DNA of 64,000 nt from Torpedo marmorata (Eukaryota). A program made the translations under genes and the position numbers. The notes under the pieces are model-generated. The model had not been told where the DNA came from and made no database searches. It was given only the letters and a program-made list of their open reading frames with translations. Shown here piece after piece: positions 1 to 14,135 of the stretch; the stretch's first letter is position 1; each line of letters begins with the position of its first letter. The stretch is taken from the NCBI GenBank assembly GCA_977017645.1, contig OZ360245.1, positions 40,486,001 through 40,550,000 of the forward strand. Reading direction: 5' to 3'.

Positions 1-3000
1 AGCTGTTGCTTAGTTCATTTAATTAAAAAAAAAAGTCTTGCATGTTTGGAAGACACAAAACATGGGAAAAGCCTGTAGGCAGCACAAACAGAATAACTGA
101 TAAAACCTGTAGGTTGTCTAGAGGTCCAAAAGAAAGTCACAATTGCTGTCACTAAGTCACGAAGTGGCCGTTGGCAGTAGTTTGCAGCTCTACGCACTTC
201 CCTCAGAAAGCGGTATTAGACCATAAGGCTGAGTAGGAAGTCCATGCTACATTTGCAGCAAAGTAGCTAGGAAGTATGTGTAGAGAAGTATTATTTGCAC
301 ACTTTCTTATGCAGAGCAGAAATCTCTGAAGTTATCACTGCAGGTTGGGAAAAGAGGAGGTGGTAAAATAGATTAGGCCGACTATGTTGCTAACAGGGCA
401 TCTGTAGTAAAGGGAGGATGCGTTGACTGTCTGTAAAAAGCCACACATTTATTCTAATCGTCAGTTACTGCTTGACACAGCAGCATTCTAAGCTTCAGTC
501 ATTTCACAATACTTGGCAGGAGTTCAGGATCTTCCTCTGATAAATGGATTGCCAATTTATGACGGGCATAACAATTACAGATAATGTCTGGGATCTCTGA
601 ACTTTACAGCAGAATCCTGTCTGATTTATATTTTGTCTTTGGCATAACAAGTATCCCAATGTATTTCAACATGCTGAGTTCATAATTCACTGTCGTTTGG
701 TTAATGTCACTGAACGTGTGATTCGCCTTTGTGATGTAAATAAATATTGCTCCAACGTAGAGCTCCAGGTCCCTTGTTAGCATTTTCCCAGTCTATCTAC
801 TCATTTAAGTTGTGTACTGGCAAATTAAACGGCAGCACACTTACTAGGTATCGCATAGTCACTTGCATTAAGCTGGGAGATTGTTGCTGCAGGCATTTTT
901 TTTTGCTGAAAGTCCACAATAAATTGTGATCTTGCACTACAGAAAAGTACAACCCCCACTACTTTCCTTTCCCCATTTGTAATGTTTGTTTTCAACAGGA
1001 CATTGTAAAGCTATTTCTGCTGTTACAAAAGGTTAGTGGTATACAGGAGTGTAGAGAGGTCTATCTAATTAAGCAAATTGCATCTGATGACTTGTTAAAA
1101 AAAATCCTCAGATTGAAATCCTTCATGGATCCCTTCCTCCCTATCGCTGCCCTATAACCCTCCACGAATCCATTCCTCCAGGGATCCACTCCTTCCACTC
1201 TGGTCTCTTGCTCTGGCCCTACGCTCTTCATCCTACCATTGCTTTCAGCTCTAACCTAAACATTTCATCCATAAGATATGATTTCTATGCCTCTTTAGCC
1301 CACTCTAATATTGACCTTGTAATCATTGTTATGGTATCACCTTTGGTACAGTCAAATGTTTGTTCAAATTCAATCCTATAACTTCCCTTGTTGCATTCAT
1401 CTCAGCGTAGTTTCCTATCTTGATCTGGATTAGAGTGATGGCATTGAGATTTGTAAAACTGGCACGACGTTCTATGACTTGTTGTTTTCTGAAAGTAAGA
1501 TTCCACTAGCCCTGGCATAGCCTCTCTCATGAAGTGAAGACAAGAAATGCAGATCTCAGGCATCAGCATACGTGCTTGATTCATGAGAAGTTTTGTATCA
1601 ATTCTTATCTGCCAACCTCCTGAGGAAGCAAAGCTACCATTCACTCATCTGCCTAAACTTTGCTTGGCCACAACACATCAAGCCCAAATGAATGTCCCCT
1701 GAGCAGTGCCTCTATGGCAGAAGCTTGCAGCTGGAGAAGACAATAAAATGATGGCTATAGGTCTCTGGAAATGTGGTCTAGAATTACAAAAGAAATCAAG
1801 CAATGGGAACAGTCACAAGGAAGTGACAATATGTCAAAAACCAACATTTCCAAAACTAGCCAGTCCCTATCTTAAGGAAAGCATGCAGAATTTCAAGGCA
1901 ATTTCATTGCAAAACGTACATTTGAAATTAACTCGCAGTACTCAGTTGCAAAAAAAATATACCAAGTTTATTGTGAGACCCATTACCATCTAAATTGGTC
2001 AGAAGTCAAACCCTTTTAGAATCATATTATCCATATTGTGTTCAAACCTAATCTTCTATTGTAAACTCGTATCATTGCCCATGAAGATCTAATCCGAGGT
2101 GTGCTTATCCCTATTTTTAAAGTATTTAATCTGTTGACTTCTCTGATAATTTTGCAGTTATATTAAAGGTATATCTTGTTTGTTCCTGAAGCATTTATAG
2201 CTGATTCACTCACCTACTTTTCTTTATGTACCTTGCTGGATTTGCTTTGTCTTTTAGTCTTATTGATTTACATTTTTAAAAAAGTACTCTTTTATTCAGA
2301 ATCAACTAATTTCTACCATTACCACATTGCTGCCATACATTTAATATCTTCAGGAGTGCCTTGTTAGCCAACAAAGTAAACACTTTATTAATGCATGTTA
2401 TTGGGTAGACATCTTAATCTGCATTTCAGGGTCTCATTGAAGGCTAATTCACATCTACCACCCATGAATACCTCGAGTAAGTGCTCAAATTATGATTTAC
2501 ACCTGTAACAGGCTTGTTGCAGGATTCTACACTTGGATATTTTCATGAATAAACTAGTTTATTTTTTATTTTTTGCAGGGTCCATAGTTTTATGTTTACA
2601 TTTAGTTTCATTCGGAAGATATAAAGTTTAGAATTGACAAACAATATAAATAATTGAAACAAATGAGGGACAATGAAGAGGAGGAATTAAAAGAACTAAT
2701 TGTAAGTTCACAGCCTGTAATTTCAGGCTTTCTGTCCAGTGGAGAGAAGGGTAGAGCACCTACTTCAAACCAGAGATTGGGGTCAACACAGGTTCTCCAA
2801 ATTTGTGTCTTACTAATAATTTTTGAATGGCAGTTGATTGCGAAAATATCAATCAGCTTTAATCAGCATTGCGTGATTCGAAGAGGAGGGTGTATGTCTG
2901 TAGAATTAGTGTTAACAGGTAAAATTTGATAACATGAAGTAAAAAGAGTGCAGAAAAAATGAAATGACAAAAGTGTATTTAAACTGACACTGGACACAAG

Positions 3001-3827
3001 ATTTTCAGTTAAACAGGTGAAAGCAAGAGCAAAGACTTGGTTTAATAATATTGTCTCGGGAGCCTAAAATGTTGGGACAAGGCGTATAGAGAAAGGAGAG
3101 AAGCTGCAAGAGATAGCTGGTGCAATGCCATCTCGCATGAATGTGGCATGTGAGGAGGTCAGAGCATTAGTTGGCATTTGCATTCTCTGTATGTTGTCTG
3201 ATTAAAAGGAGCGTGTGCTTCTAAAAATGTGGGCAGCATTGTCTCCGAGCCTGTTGTGCAGCCAGAACTGGTGGTAGTTATTCTGGGCTGGCCCTGTAAC
3301 AATGACAAGTTATCAACATTAATCATGGATAGGGAAGTATTCTGGATCAAATGATCATAATTCTACTGAAGTATTTGAGGATAATAATGTATATAAAGAG
3401 AGGGATAAATTTGGTGTATTAAGCCCACCCCTTCAATGGCATGACTTTGTACCAAGTTTATCCCCAACAACCTCTATTTCTTTCTTTACCCACAACACAT
3501 ACCAGACCCACCCCCCCAGCAGTAGCATGCTATTTCCTGGGACAGTTGAAAACCAAAACTGCCAACAATTTAAGAAGATCTTGCAAATTTCTTGCTGATT
3601 CTCAAAGACAACTGAGAAAGCTCCTGCAAAACAGAGCTGGACTTGGTTCAGCAAACTTCACAACCAACTGGTAATTTACACCTTGGAAATCAGAATGATC
3701 TCATCTATTAAAAACCTGCCTTGTTTTTTGTTAAAATCATCTTTATGCGTATTATGGAAGAGAAGCCAAAATAGAATATGTTTGAACTCACAAATGGAGA
3801 TTGAGATAATACAGTTTTTAAAATAAA

Positions 3828-4063
3828 TTTAGACATACAGTATGGTAACAGGCCCTTTTGGCCCACGAGCTCGTGCCGCCCAATTACACCCAATTGACCT
3901 ACAATCCCCGGTACGTTTTGAAGGGTGGAAGGAAACCAGAGCACCTGGAGGAAACCCAGGCAGACATGGGGAGAACGTACAAACTCCTTACAGCGCCGGA
4001 TTCGAACCCCGGTTGCTGGCGCTGTTACAGCGTTGCGCTAACCGCTACACTAACTCTGCCACC
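3828..4063 (-). mobile_element. tRNA-derived V-domain SINE (HE1-like) with CR1-type tail
   Basis: Minus strand shows an A box, B box GGTTCGAATCC, V-core tgggtttcctccaggtgctctggtttcc and tail gggcctgtt...ctgtatgtctaaattt. Sister copies at 32127, 36535, 59075 and 62895. Confidence 0.85.
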
Positions 4064-4137
4064 CTTTTTGAGTCAAAATAATGACCATCTGGAGGTCCAA
4101 CTGGAAATAGCCCAGTTTTTGAGGAACTATGTAAGGC

Positions 4138-4475
4138 AGAGCACAGTGATGTCGATAGTGGATCTGCTGCTTCACAGCTGCAATGACCTAAATTTAAAAA
4201 AAAAAACTGATCTTTGATGCGGTCTGTATGGGGTTTGCATGTTCTCCCTCTGACTGTGTGGGTTTCTCCTGGATACTTCTATTTTCTCCCATGTCCTCAA
4301 GGTTAGTTGGCTATTGTAGGTTGCCTGAGTGCATAGGTGAGTTGTAGAAACTGAGGGAAGTTGATGCGAATGTGGGGAAAGTTAAACTAGTGCAGGATTA
4401 GTGTAAATGCATGCTTGATATCTGGAATAGTTCAAGTGGGCTGACGGGCCTGTTTCTGAGGTGTATTTCTTTGAT
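4138..4475 (+). mobile_element. Older degraded HE1/V-SINE
   Basis: Contains gtttgcatgttctccctctgactgtgtgggtttctcctgg core and gggctgacgggcctgtttct tail. Confidence 0.65.
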
Positions 4476-5404
4476 TATGAGAATTCATTGAAATGAATTA
4501 ACCAATATTAAAATAAAGAATTACAAGAGAAGAGTTGAACATGAGTCATTCAAACAGATGGCTTCAATTAAAATCCAAATAAAATGTTCAATGTCAGTTT
4601 TCTCAAGTAAGATTGATTATTTAGTTGTGAAAACAATGGGTGAAAATGTATAGGCCAAGTTCAAATTGATGATGGGAAAAGTAGAATCTGAGGATAAAGA
4701 AATTGTACAGTTTTGAAGAGTACTGTGGGTGTTTTTTTATTTAGCAATTAGCATTATCTTGAATAAGTTTATAATTAGAAAACCTACAAATCTGGAACCA
4801 ATGCCCAAAGGGATTGAGGAATAAATAACAAAGCTCGCATGTTATGTGAGGAATGTAGATCTCTTTGGAATCAAACCTATTGATGTAAAAGCTCTTTGTG
4901 AAATGGCAAAACATAAATACAATGGAGAAAATGGGAGAATTTGCATCAAATCACAGTCCTCCCAGCTGATAACCGAAGGAACAAAGATATCCCTTATTAT
5001 AACAAATACGAAAAACAAAAATTTAAAACTGTGTATCAGAAGAACATAAGAAATATCCCTTGTGTAAGTTAACTCTTCCATTATCGTCCATTGCTCCTTC
5101 ACAACCTTGCTGGAGCCCAGATATTCAGGATGTAAACTGAACCCATTCTCTTGCGCATTAAATCCCCATCAAAGGCATTTCTTGACTACACAAGGTTTCC
5201 ATTTAAAGCCCATATTTTGCACGTAATTCAGGACTTGCTTTGTTTATATTTTTCACATCTATAATCTCTGATTTTCTGGCTGCAGTAGTATTCATCTAAA
5301 TTCATCTTCTTTCAAGAATATTTTAGATTTCTCCATTCTTCCCTGGTGCTTCATTCTCTTGACTTTGTCCTGTCTCTACTATTTTAATTTTGCATTGAGT
5401 GAAA

Positions 5405-5535
5405 CATGAAAGTCTGCAGACACTGTGATTGTAGGAAAAAAACACAGAAACGCTGGAGAAACTCAGTGTGTCTTGCAGCGTCCATAGGAGGCAAAGATGC
5501 ATTACCGACGTTTTGGGCCTGAGCCCTTCTCCTGA
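5405..5535 (-). mobile_element. Penelope-end-derived short repeat
   Basis: gctggagaaactcag...gacgttttgggcctgagccctt is the reverse complement of the terminus attached to the GIY-YIG fragment at 35620-35725. Confidence 0.6.
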
Positions 5536-7310
5536 CTGTTGACCCTATCAGTGCATCTCATGATTTTATACTCCTTCAACAGATCACCTCTCAGCCTCCT
5601 ATGCTCCAGAGAAAACAATCCAAGTTTGTCCAGTTTCTCCCATAGCACACATCCTCCCAACCAGGCAACATGCTGGTCAACCTCATCTGTACCAAAGCCT
5701 TCACATCCTTCCTGTAATGGGGCAACCAGAATTGCACATTCTAAGTGACCGGAACTGCACCCAGTATTCCAAGTGCTGCCTGACCAATGTTTTATACAGC
5801 TGCTATGCGACCTTCTTTTATATTCAATGTTTTATACAGCTGCTATGCGACCTTCTTTTATATTCAATGCCTTCTTTCTCACCGTATCTACTTACGTGGC
5901 CACCATAAATGAGGTATGGACCTGCACCCCCACATCCCTCTGCACATCAATATTTTTAAAGAGCCCTGCCATTAACTGTATACTTTTCCCTTACATTTTG
6001 ATCAACAAAAGTGAAACACCTCACGCTTGTCTGGATTAAACTGCCATTTCTCAGCCCATATCTGTAACTGATGAATATACAGTTGTATTCATCAATAACC
6101 CTCTACACTGTACACAACTCCAGCAATCTTGGTGTCATTTGCAAACTTACTAACCAATCCAAGTCAATTATATGTATCACAAACAACAGGGGTCCCACCA
6201 CTGGTCACATGCCTCCAGCCTGAATAAGTCTTCCACCATAACCCCGTCTTCTATGGGCCAGCCAATTTTGTATCCAAACCATCAACTCACCAGGGATTCC
6301 ATGAATCTGCATCTTCTGAATCAGCCTACCATGAGGGACCTTGTCAAATGCCTTACTAAAGTCCACGAAGGCAACACCCACTGCCCTACTATCGTCAACC
6401 ACCTTTGTTACCTCCTCAAAAAACTGAAATTGGTAAGACATGAGCTACCCCTAACAAAGTTGTGTTGACTATGCCTAATCTGACCATGACTTTCCAAATG
6501 CACATAAATCTATCCCTAAGCATCCCTTCCAATAGTTTCCCTACCACTGATGCAAGGCTTACTGGTTTATAATATCCTGGATTATCCTTTTTTCCTCTTG
6601 AAACAAAGAAACAACATTAGTTACTCTCCAATTTTCTGGGACCTCTCCTGTTGCTAGTGAGGAGGCAAGGATCTTTGTCAAGGCCCTGGCAATCTCTTCA
6701 CTTGCCTCTTTCATTAACCATGGATATATCCCACCAGGCTCAGGGGACTTGTCTACCTTAATGCTCCCCAAAAGACCCAACATCACCTCACTCTTGATCC
6801 GCAAATGTCCGAGTACATGAGCATTCTCCATCTTGTGCTCCTTACCACTATCCCCTTCCTTCTTCTTGGTAAACAATGATGCAATGTACTTATTTAGTAC
6901 CTTGTCAACTTCCTCTGACTCCAAGCATAAATTCCCACCTTTGTCTTTGAATGGCCCTATCCTCTCCCTCGTCATCCACTTGTTTTAATGCAAGTATAAA
7001 ATGCCTTGGGATCTTCTTTAACCTTCTTACCAAGGACAATTCACGGCCCCTTTTGGGCTTCCTATTGTCCTGCTTGAGATATTTCCTGCAATCTTTATAT
7101 TCTTCCAGTGCCCTGTCTGATTACAGCTTCCTGAAACTTACACATGCCTCATTTTTCTTCTTGACTAAGTTCATGACCTCTCTCGTCCTTCAAAGTTCTC
7201 ATATCTAGTCATCCTTAACCTTCCTTTGTACTGGAACATGCCGGTCCTGGATTCTAACTAGTTGGTCCTCAAACATGTTAGTTGCGGACTTGCTTGATAA
7301 CAGCTGATCC
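5536..7310 (-). mobile_element. Degraded CR1 LINE ORF2 fragment with internal deletions
   Basis: ORF pieces IGPFKDKGGNLC..KSPEPGGIYP and [16 protein letters not shown], with many frameshifts. Confidence 0.9.
5785..5869. repeat. Perfect 40-bp tandem duplication inside the CR1 remnant
   Basis: caatgttttatacagctgctatgcgaccttcttttatatt occurs twice, followed by caatg. Confidence 0.9.
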
Positions 7311-7434
7311 CAATGAACCCCCCCCCCCCCACCGCTCCTCTCTAATCGTGTCATAATTTGTCCTCCCCAATTTAGAACTTTTCTGAAATTACCCTGGAGA
7401 GAGTCTGCCTTCCAGATCTTGGATGATCTATATA

Positions 7435-7738
7435 CAGGTAGTCCCTGACTTGCGGCTGATGTGACTTATGACCATCCGTACATACGACCGAAAAAAAACC
7501 TCTATAAATTTAAAAAAAGAAATATATGTAAATATAAAAATTACGCTTTTGGGGTGAAAGTAGGGGCCTATCTATGGAAAATAGTGCCTATGGCAGAGGT
7601 GGACAAACTCTCACGAGAGCTTGCTTGGTGGCCGCCATGTTGTATTTGACGAACGATAAAGCGGATCTGACTTACGTCCATTTCGAGATACGACCCATTG
7701 GTCAGAACCGAACACGGTCGTAAGTCGGGGACTACGTG
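7435..7738. mobile_element. Tc1/mariner-pogo (Tigger-like) MITE
   Basis: TA|caggtagtccctgacttgcg ... cgtaagtcggggactacgtg|TA: imperfect TIRs with TA TSD. Confidence 0.8.
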
Positions 7739-10290
7739 TAATTAATATGAATCTATTGGAGCTAAACAATTTCCTTCTATGCCTACATACTTATGGCAGT
7801 GCTGGTTTTTTTTTTCTAAGCAATGCTTTATTATTTATCAAAACTCCATTTTCTTGTCGCAAACCAGTTCTTTTATCCATTTAGACTGCCTGTTTTATGA
7901 AACTTCAGCATTCATTCTTAAAAAGTTTTGTTTGGAAAACTTTTTTTAGCTACTCTATTCACTCCCTGCAGTGTCACAGCAGGTTTGCAATGAATAATGA
8001 TTCTGTAACTACAAGTCTGGATTTTTCTGATCAACATCAAACAGAATTGGCAGTATTTACCTGTTTAAACACCACCAACTCCAACTTGGAGTCCAGTCTC
8101 TAGATTAAAATTCTTTTCAAAATTTATTTTGGTTTTGTTTATTTTATTTTTTACTATTAAAATGAATTTTAATTGTTTCTGGATAGAGGCATTCAAATAT
8201 TTGGATGATTTTGAGGAACTCATAGCTGTCAAAGCCTCTGGGGCATTTTCTGTTCACAATGTAGGCTCTATTCCTCCCTGAGCCTCATTGCTGGAGACTA
8301 GGAGGCTTCAGGCCAGTGAAATGAGCCCCGAGAATTTGGATCAGGTTTGCATATAAGTATGGGGAAATTGTAGGCCTCAATAGGTGGAGTTCAGGTTGTG
8401 CATTTAAAAAAAAATCCACTTACTGCAACATGCAGAACACCCTTACAACATTTTTGTCACTTTTAGCATTTGGGTACTAGTCTGGATAATCATTGTTGCA
8501 TCTCACTCCCACTTCTAAATATTGAAACCATGTTTGGGGAACTTGCTACCTCATCTTCCTAAAAAAATCCTTTAAAAATCAACCCACTCTCTGGAATATC
8601 TCCTTCAATTTCGGTACATTTTCATTTACCAGGGATTTTGTTGCTCCAGAACACACCATTTACTGACTCTATTTATTAAATGTCCCTCTGGAATTTGTCT
8701 ACATTCCTCTCCTGTGAACACTATTTTGCAAAATCCATTTAACATCCTTACCACTCCTTGAGCATCAGAGATGGCTTCTAATCACCTCTAATGTCACTTG
8801 TTAATCAAAGGAAGTCAAAAAACATGTTGAACTTAGATAGATGTAAACAAATTTTTTTTTTTGGATTTAAAGGACCCCTTTTAGTTTTTGTGAGTTCATT
8901 TTTTTTATACTTTATTAAACTCTAATTTCCTCAGGATGAAGTCAACAGATTCCAGTTTTTATATCACTCCAGACCAGAATAGCTTGATTTGATTTTTGAG
9001 TTCATCTATGGGCAGCATAACTTTATGGCACTTCCTGAAATTGCTAGTTCTCATTCAGTTGCATTTAATATTCTAGATAATTCGGAAGCTAATTCATCTT
9101 CTGATTTTTGGAATGCCTCATTACCCATATCGGCATAACCTTTTTCTCTCTCTCTGCCAAACCCTATACTTCAAGTGAATATATTCTTTGCCCCCATAGG
9201 GTCACAATCAGAGACACATCTTAACCAGATCTTTCCATGCTAGTATGATGTCCAGATACCTTTCCTATGCTCTTGCCATTCATAGTTCTTTTTGTTTTAT
9301 TTACCTACTTTCTACCTTTCTTTTATTTTCCACACATCCTAATGTTACCCATTGAGCCGAGAAACACAGTTTTCTGACCAACTTTTTGTTTTCCTTATCA
9401 TATTTACTGGTCTTTCTAATTTATTTTGGTGTCTTGACATAATTTGAGAATTTTCGTTAATGGCTGACCTCAGCCGCACCTCCCTAAGTTCACATTTTTT
9501 ACATTGATGAATGGTCAAATAAACCTGCCAAAAAGGTTAAAATTCTGAAAGGTCAGAACTCACACAAAAACAATCGGTTTCTATTGCTGCCTGGTTGCTT
9601 ACACTGGTGAGCTCAAGTGAGCAGCTATTAAAGATTAGATTTGGAATGAACTTCACCAAGACCGGATGTCCACAGCCAACTGTCAGCATCTTGGTAATAA
9701 AATATCTGAAGGGAACAAGTGTAGTTTCAATAACAGTTATGCAGATGAGGGATCTCAGTCCTTACTGTACACTACAATATCATGAATTTAATCTCTGTGT
9801 GAATAATGTATGCTGTGCTTAACTGTGCAGATAACACTGCTTTTGTTTGCACATTGCATTTGTCAGCCAGATTATTTCTGATGTTTTTAGATTCAAAAAT
9901 TAAACACATCAACTTCAGTATGATGGTTAAAATGTGGCCTTTCAATGTATCTGGCAGGGGAATTTTTTGTTCAATATTTGCAGTCTCTCCTATGACAAAT
10001 CTGCTCCAATATGTGTCCTAGCTTCTGTTGACGTTGCTCCATTTACAGTTACCTGCCAGATGTTTCCCAGCGAATCAGTTAAGACTGTGAATATCTAAGC
10101 CATAAAGGCAAAGAAAATAGCCACTGGTCTAAGCTGAGTTGGCAGATTTAACTGTTGGTGAAGGAGACATTTCAGCCTTCTTCACCACAACTGGGTAAAT
10201 CAGCTGGCTTTCCTCAACTCATTGCTACTCAATGTGTGACTTTGGTAAGTGCGTGTGAACTGCACTGAAGTGACAATGAAAAGAATAGCA

Positions 10291-12148
10291 TTTATTCAGG
10301 TCTATCCCTCACCAAACTGCAGCGATAACTGTTTTTTTTTATATGGGAAAGTATTTACAAGTAAATATCATGGGGGAAAAAAGGGAGTAAAATAAAAAAG
10401 GGGAGAAACTTTATTTCCACAGTAATGGTGAGAACATGGGAAAGAGGTGGATGATATTGAGTATAAAGTTAATGCAACAGGAATTGAATGGAATATCCAA
10501 AATAGAAAATTAATAAAAATTGGAAAGCAGACATTAGCAATGTGGGACCAAAGGTGATTTGATTAATAATATTTTTGACAGTGCCCTGCGTAGGAAGCCT
10601 TTATGCATCACCACTGCTGGAATAGACAAAAAGCTGGAATTTAAAAAATCCAGTTACATTTTTGTTGATACATAAATTGCATAAATGAAATGTATTTCTT
10701 ACTAAGACTGGAAGAAACTTGGCAACAGAACATTCTGCACCAGATGCAGACTGACATCACTTCAACAACCCAAAGGAGCTGCCAAAGCAGAGTGCAGCTT
10801 GACGAAAACTAGCAAGTCTTGACCAACTGCTCTTTAAAGCCCTTTGATACCTAGTGACACTGGGCTACACATCAGCTGTGCTGGCGAGGACTTGTGTATT
10901 CCTGGCAAAACAGCACAAGTGAATAAACATTGGTAAACCAGCCAGAACAAAAACTCCATGTCACATAAATTTAAAAGAAATTAGAATGCAAAAGCAGGAG
11001 AACTCATTATAGACAAGGTACAAAAATCTCCCAACACAAGCCCTTTGTAGATGTTAAAATGAGAGCTTCTTCTGTTAAGGACATAAAGGAAGCTGCTCCT
11101 CATTGAGGAACCTTTCATCATATTAAAGATTGACATGAAGCCCACACTTTCTAAAGGTTTCTGCTTCCATTCAAAGGCTGGAAGAATTTACTTTTCACCG
11201 GTAGAACAGTTGATGGTTCACCTGCCTAGTTCCTGATTTTTTTTTTTTGTTGTTGTTGTATTAGTCCAGAATAAATAAAAAGTAAGATAACATTTGAATA
11301 GTTCCAACCTCAAAAAAAAAAGAAAAATAGCTGAATCCTTTAAAGATACTCTTCAGATCTTGTCAGCCTTTTCTCTAACATTGCAGGGAGCGATCGCACC
11401 ACTTGAGAGAATCTTCTTCAGCAAGTCTTCTTCGCATGAAGAAATGACAGTGAATAAAAAATATTGTTATTAGTAAAGTAGTAAGGCTGAGATCAAAAGA
11501 GAGACTTCAAAGAATGTCTGTCAGTTCCTCACCCACAGCAGCAAACATCGAGTCCTATACTTAGAGCGGAAATTTCTTGGACCATCTCATTTCGCCATCT
11601 ATTGTAGTGTTATTGTGAAGAAATAGAATTTCCACAGAACACAGGCTGTTGGGATAATGGCTGTTGGCCTTGTCCAGTGGGTACCCTTGTGCTGATGAGA
11701 TGTCGATCACTACATTCTTCCAACCTTGACTAGATTTGAAAGCTTGTACAGACTAATTGAGTTTTTAAAAAAGATATTGCCATTTTGTGATCAGTATCTT
11801 ACAAAATGCCGACTCCAGCCGTTGTGTCTGTTGATGTTTACTGGGCTTTCTTTGGCTTTGGCAGTCAAATGGGTTAAGATCAATCCTTTTAAATGTGAAG
11901 TTTTATTTTCCCAGGGCCAAATTTTCCATGTGTTTATGGCAAACAGCGCATCATTTAAAAAAAAAAAAAAATTTAAAAAATTACCATACCTTAACAGCCA
12001 GAAAGAGCAGGACCAGTAAAGGAATTTTAATGCTAGATAGTCATGCAGAGAAACCTTTCTCAGTGTTACTGAGTGAAAGTCACTTCATCTCACAAAGTGG
12101 CTGAAATGCCCACATCACATTGGTAGATCCTTTCCTATTTTGTGTTTT
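10291..12148 (-). other. stx1a: Probable stx1a 3' UTR with candidate AATAAA signals at 11902-11907, 10410-10415 and 10291-10296
   Basis: Repeat-poor sequence after the stop codon with minus-strand AATAAA hexamers; the two distal ones are followed by U-rich tracts. The true end cannot be fixed from sequence alone. Confidence 0.45.
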
Positions 12149-12229
12149 TCAAAATCCAAATATTCCCCCAACCGTGGAGGCGATGACAACCCCCAGCACC
12201 ACACAGCATATAATGATCATAATCTTCTT
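12149..12229 (-). CDS. stx1a: Syntaxin-1A canonical terminal TM exon ('10b'), KKIMIIICCVVLGVVIASTVGGIFGF*
   Basis: Acceptor ctacag|AAG, classic KKIMIIICC transmembrane segment, TGA stop at 12149-12151. Confidence 0.96.
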   Translation of the reverse strand, partial: KKIMIIICCVVLGVVIASTVGGIFGF

Positions 12230-13974
12230 CTGTAGCCCCCAAATCCAAGCAGCGTGGCAGGAAGAAGAGGAGAAAGTGTTAGTTCTGAGATTTTATTTAC
12301 ATTTAAATAAAGGAATCTTGAAATAAATCAGGGTCTTTACAGAAGGGCAGATGAACAATTCCAACAGATAACCTTCCCTTTACATTATAAAAATGTTCTT
12401 ATTGCTACCAACTGTCCCCGTGTTACAAGCCCCACATTTCAAAAGACCCTCAACCTTTCTGACCCCTTTAAATAAGTCCCTCATACAAACCTCCATTATA
12501 CCACACATCACTTAGAATAAATATGACACCACATATTCCATCATACTTCAAATGTATCACATGAAAATCCATTCTCACAATAGCCAACTGCTCATAACAG
12601 ATGCAACCTTACATTAACAGCACACCCACTTCATGTTTAACGTCTTACATTAATAAGTACCTTGCGTTTTTAAAAGCTCATTCATGACACTTTTCGTATT
12701 TAAGTAACCAGAAGCTGCAGGGATGTCAGGAAGTTCATTGTCATTTTTTTTTAACCTTTAACCACGATGTAAAATGTTTATACACCGTTGAGTTCTAACT
12801 GGCATCTTAGCCAGCTGGTAATGCAAAGACTCGTCTGTTTATTTCTGTCAAGTTTGCATATAATTGAAAAGCTTGGCTTTGAGAATAAGACTGACATTCA
12901 GAATTCAAGTTGGTTCAATTCTGGGTTGGTGTTAACATTTTAAGGAATAATTCCTTTTATGGGTATGAGTGTCCAAATGTGTGCACACGTGTCTACGTGG
13001 GAGTAAAGTGCATGTCTGTACGTAGGAATGTTATTCCCAATCCGACTCCCATCATCAGGCACCATACAGCATTGTGACACAAAATAGATTTACTGTTCTG
13101 TCCGTGAAGATCTAGACAAAAATTAAGGCCTGAACTTCCTTCCATTCCCTGACGCCAATGGCATTATCCAGCGTCTCCAACTTCTGCCAGTCTGTTGGAG
13201 AAGCTCGATGAATTTCTAGAGTAAGTCACCCTTCACCTCGCACACAGGTTGTACAAGTTTTAATAGCACTGCATTTTTAAAAAGCAGCCATATGCACATG
13301 CAAAATTGCGAGCCAATTATTCAGAAACAGATGAACAAGGCGAGAAATGTAATGCAGATGCAGGAAGAAATGGCTAAGATATAGAAAGTTATGTCTCCTG
13401 CATAACAACTGCACTATCCACATATATTAAGTAGTGCTGTAGTTTTACAGCTATAATACTGTTCCAGTAACACATTCATTAAAGTGATGGAAAAAGGAAA
13501 GAGGATCCATGCTGTAACACAATGCATTTTTCCCATGGCTATATATTTTTTTTTAACCTTTGAGAAGAAATGTATTATTTTTATTGCACAGTGAACACAT
13601 TTGTGCTTTTCCACAGAGTCCACTATTGTTTGGGCAGCTTCACTTATTCTGTTATTTGACAGCAGTCCAGTAACTTGTGTCACAGTTGATACTTTGATCG
13701 ATTAATATTTGCATTTTTACGATTTTACCCTGGTCATTATTTTCTTTAAAAACAATTTTCTACATAGTAGTATATATCCATTTAGAAATATTGACAATGT
13801 ATCATTTCCCATTAGAATGGTGTAAAACAAGCAGACGTGATGCAACTACAAACTAATGTGTGAGTTTTATTTTTCGGTTGTAAAATTAATTCTCTTTGAA
13901 CATCTGTGATGATTCAGCATTACCCTGTATTTCTTCACTATGAAATCAAGAAATAAATAATCAAGAAATGCATT

Positions 13975-14135
13975 TGATTAGTCAGGGTGTTTCTTGATTC
14001 ATTAGAGGGTGGCAAAGGTTATGGGGAGAAGGCAGGAGAATGGGGTTGAGAGGAAAAATACATCAGCAATGATTTGATTGGCAAAGCCTACTCGATGGGG
14101 CAAATGGCCTAATTCTGCTCCTACATCTTATGGCC
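13975..14135 (+). mobile_element. CR1 3'-end fragment
   Basis: aaaggttatggggagaaggcaggagaatggggttgag...caaatggcctaattctgctcctacatcttatgg is a typical CR1 terminus. Confidence 0.7.

Noticed and set aside
3842-4217. Similar short ORFs over SINE copies (also 36546-36890 and 62902-63105)
   Set aside because: They are antisense readings of a tRNA-derived SINE, not a protein family.
1-9500. Exons of a convergent neighbouring gene
   Set aside because: Only isolated AG/GT and AATAAA motifs, with no recognisable protein in the short ORFs.
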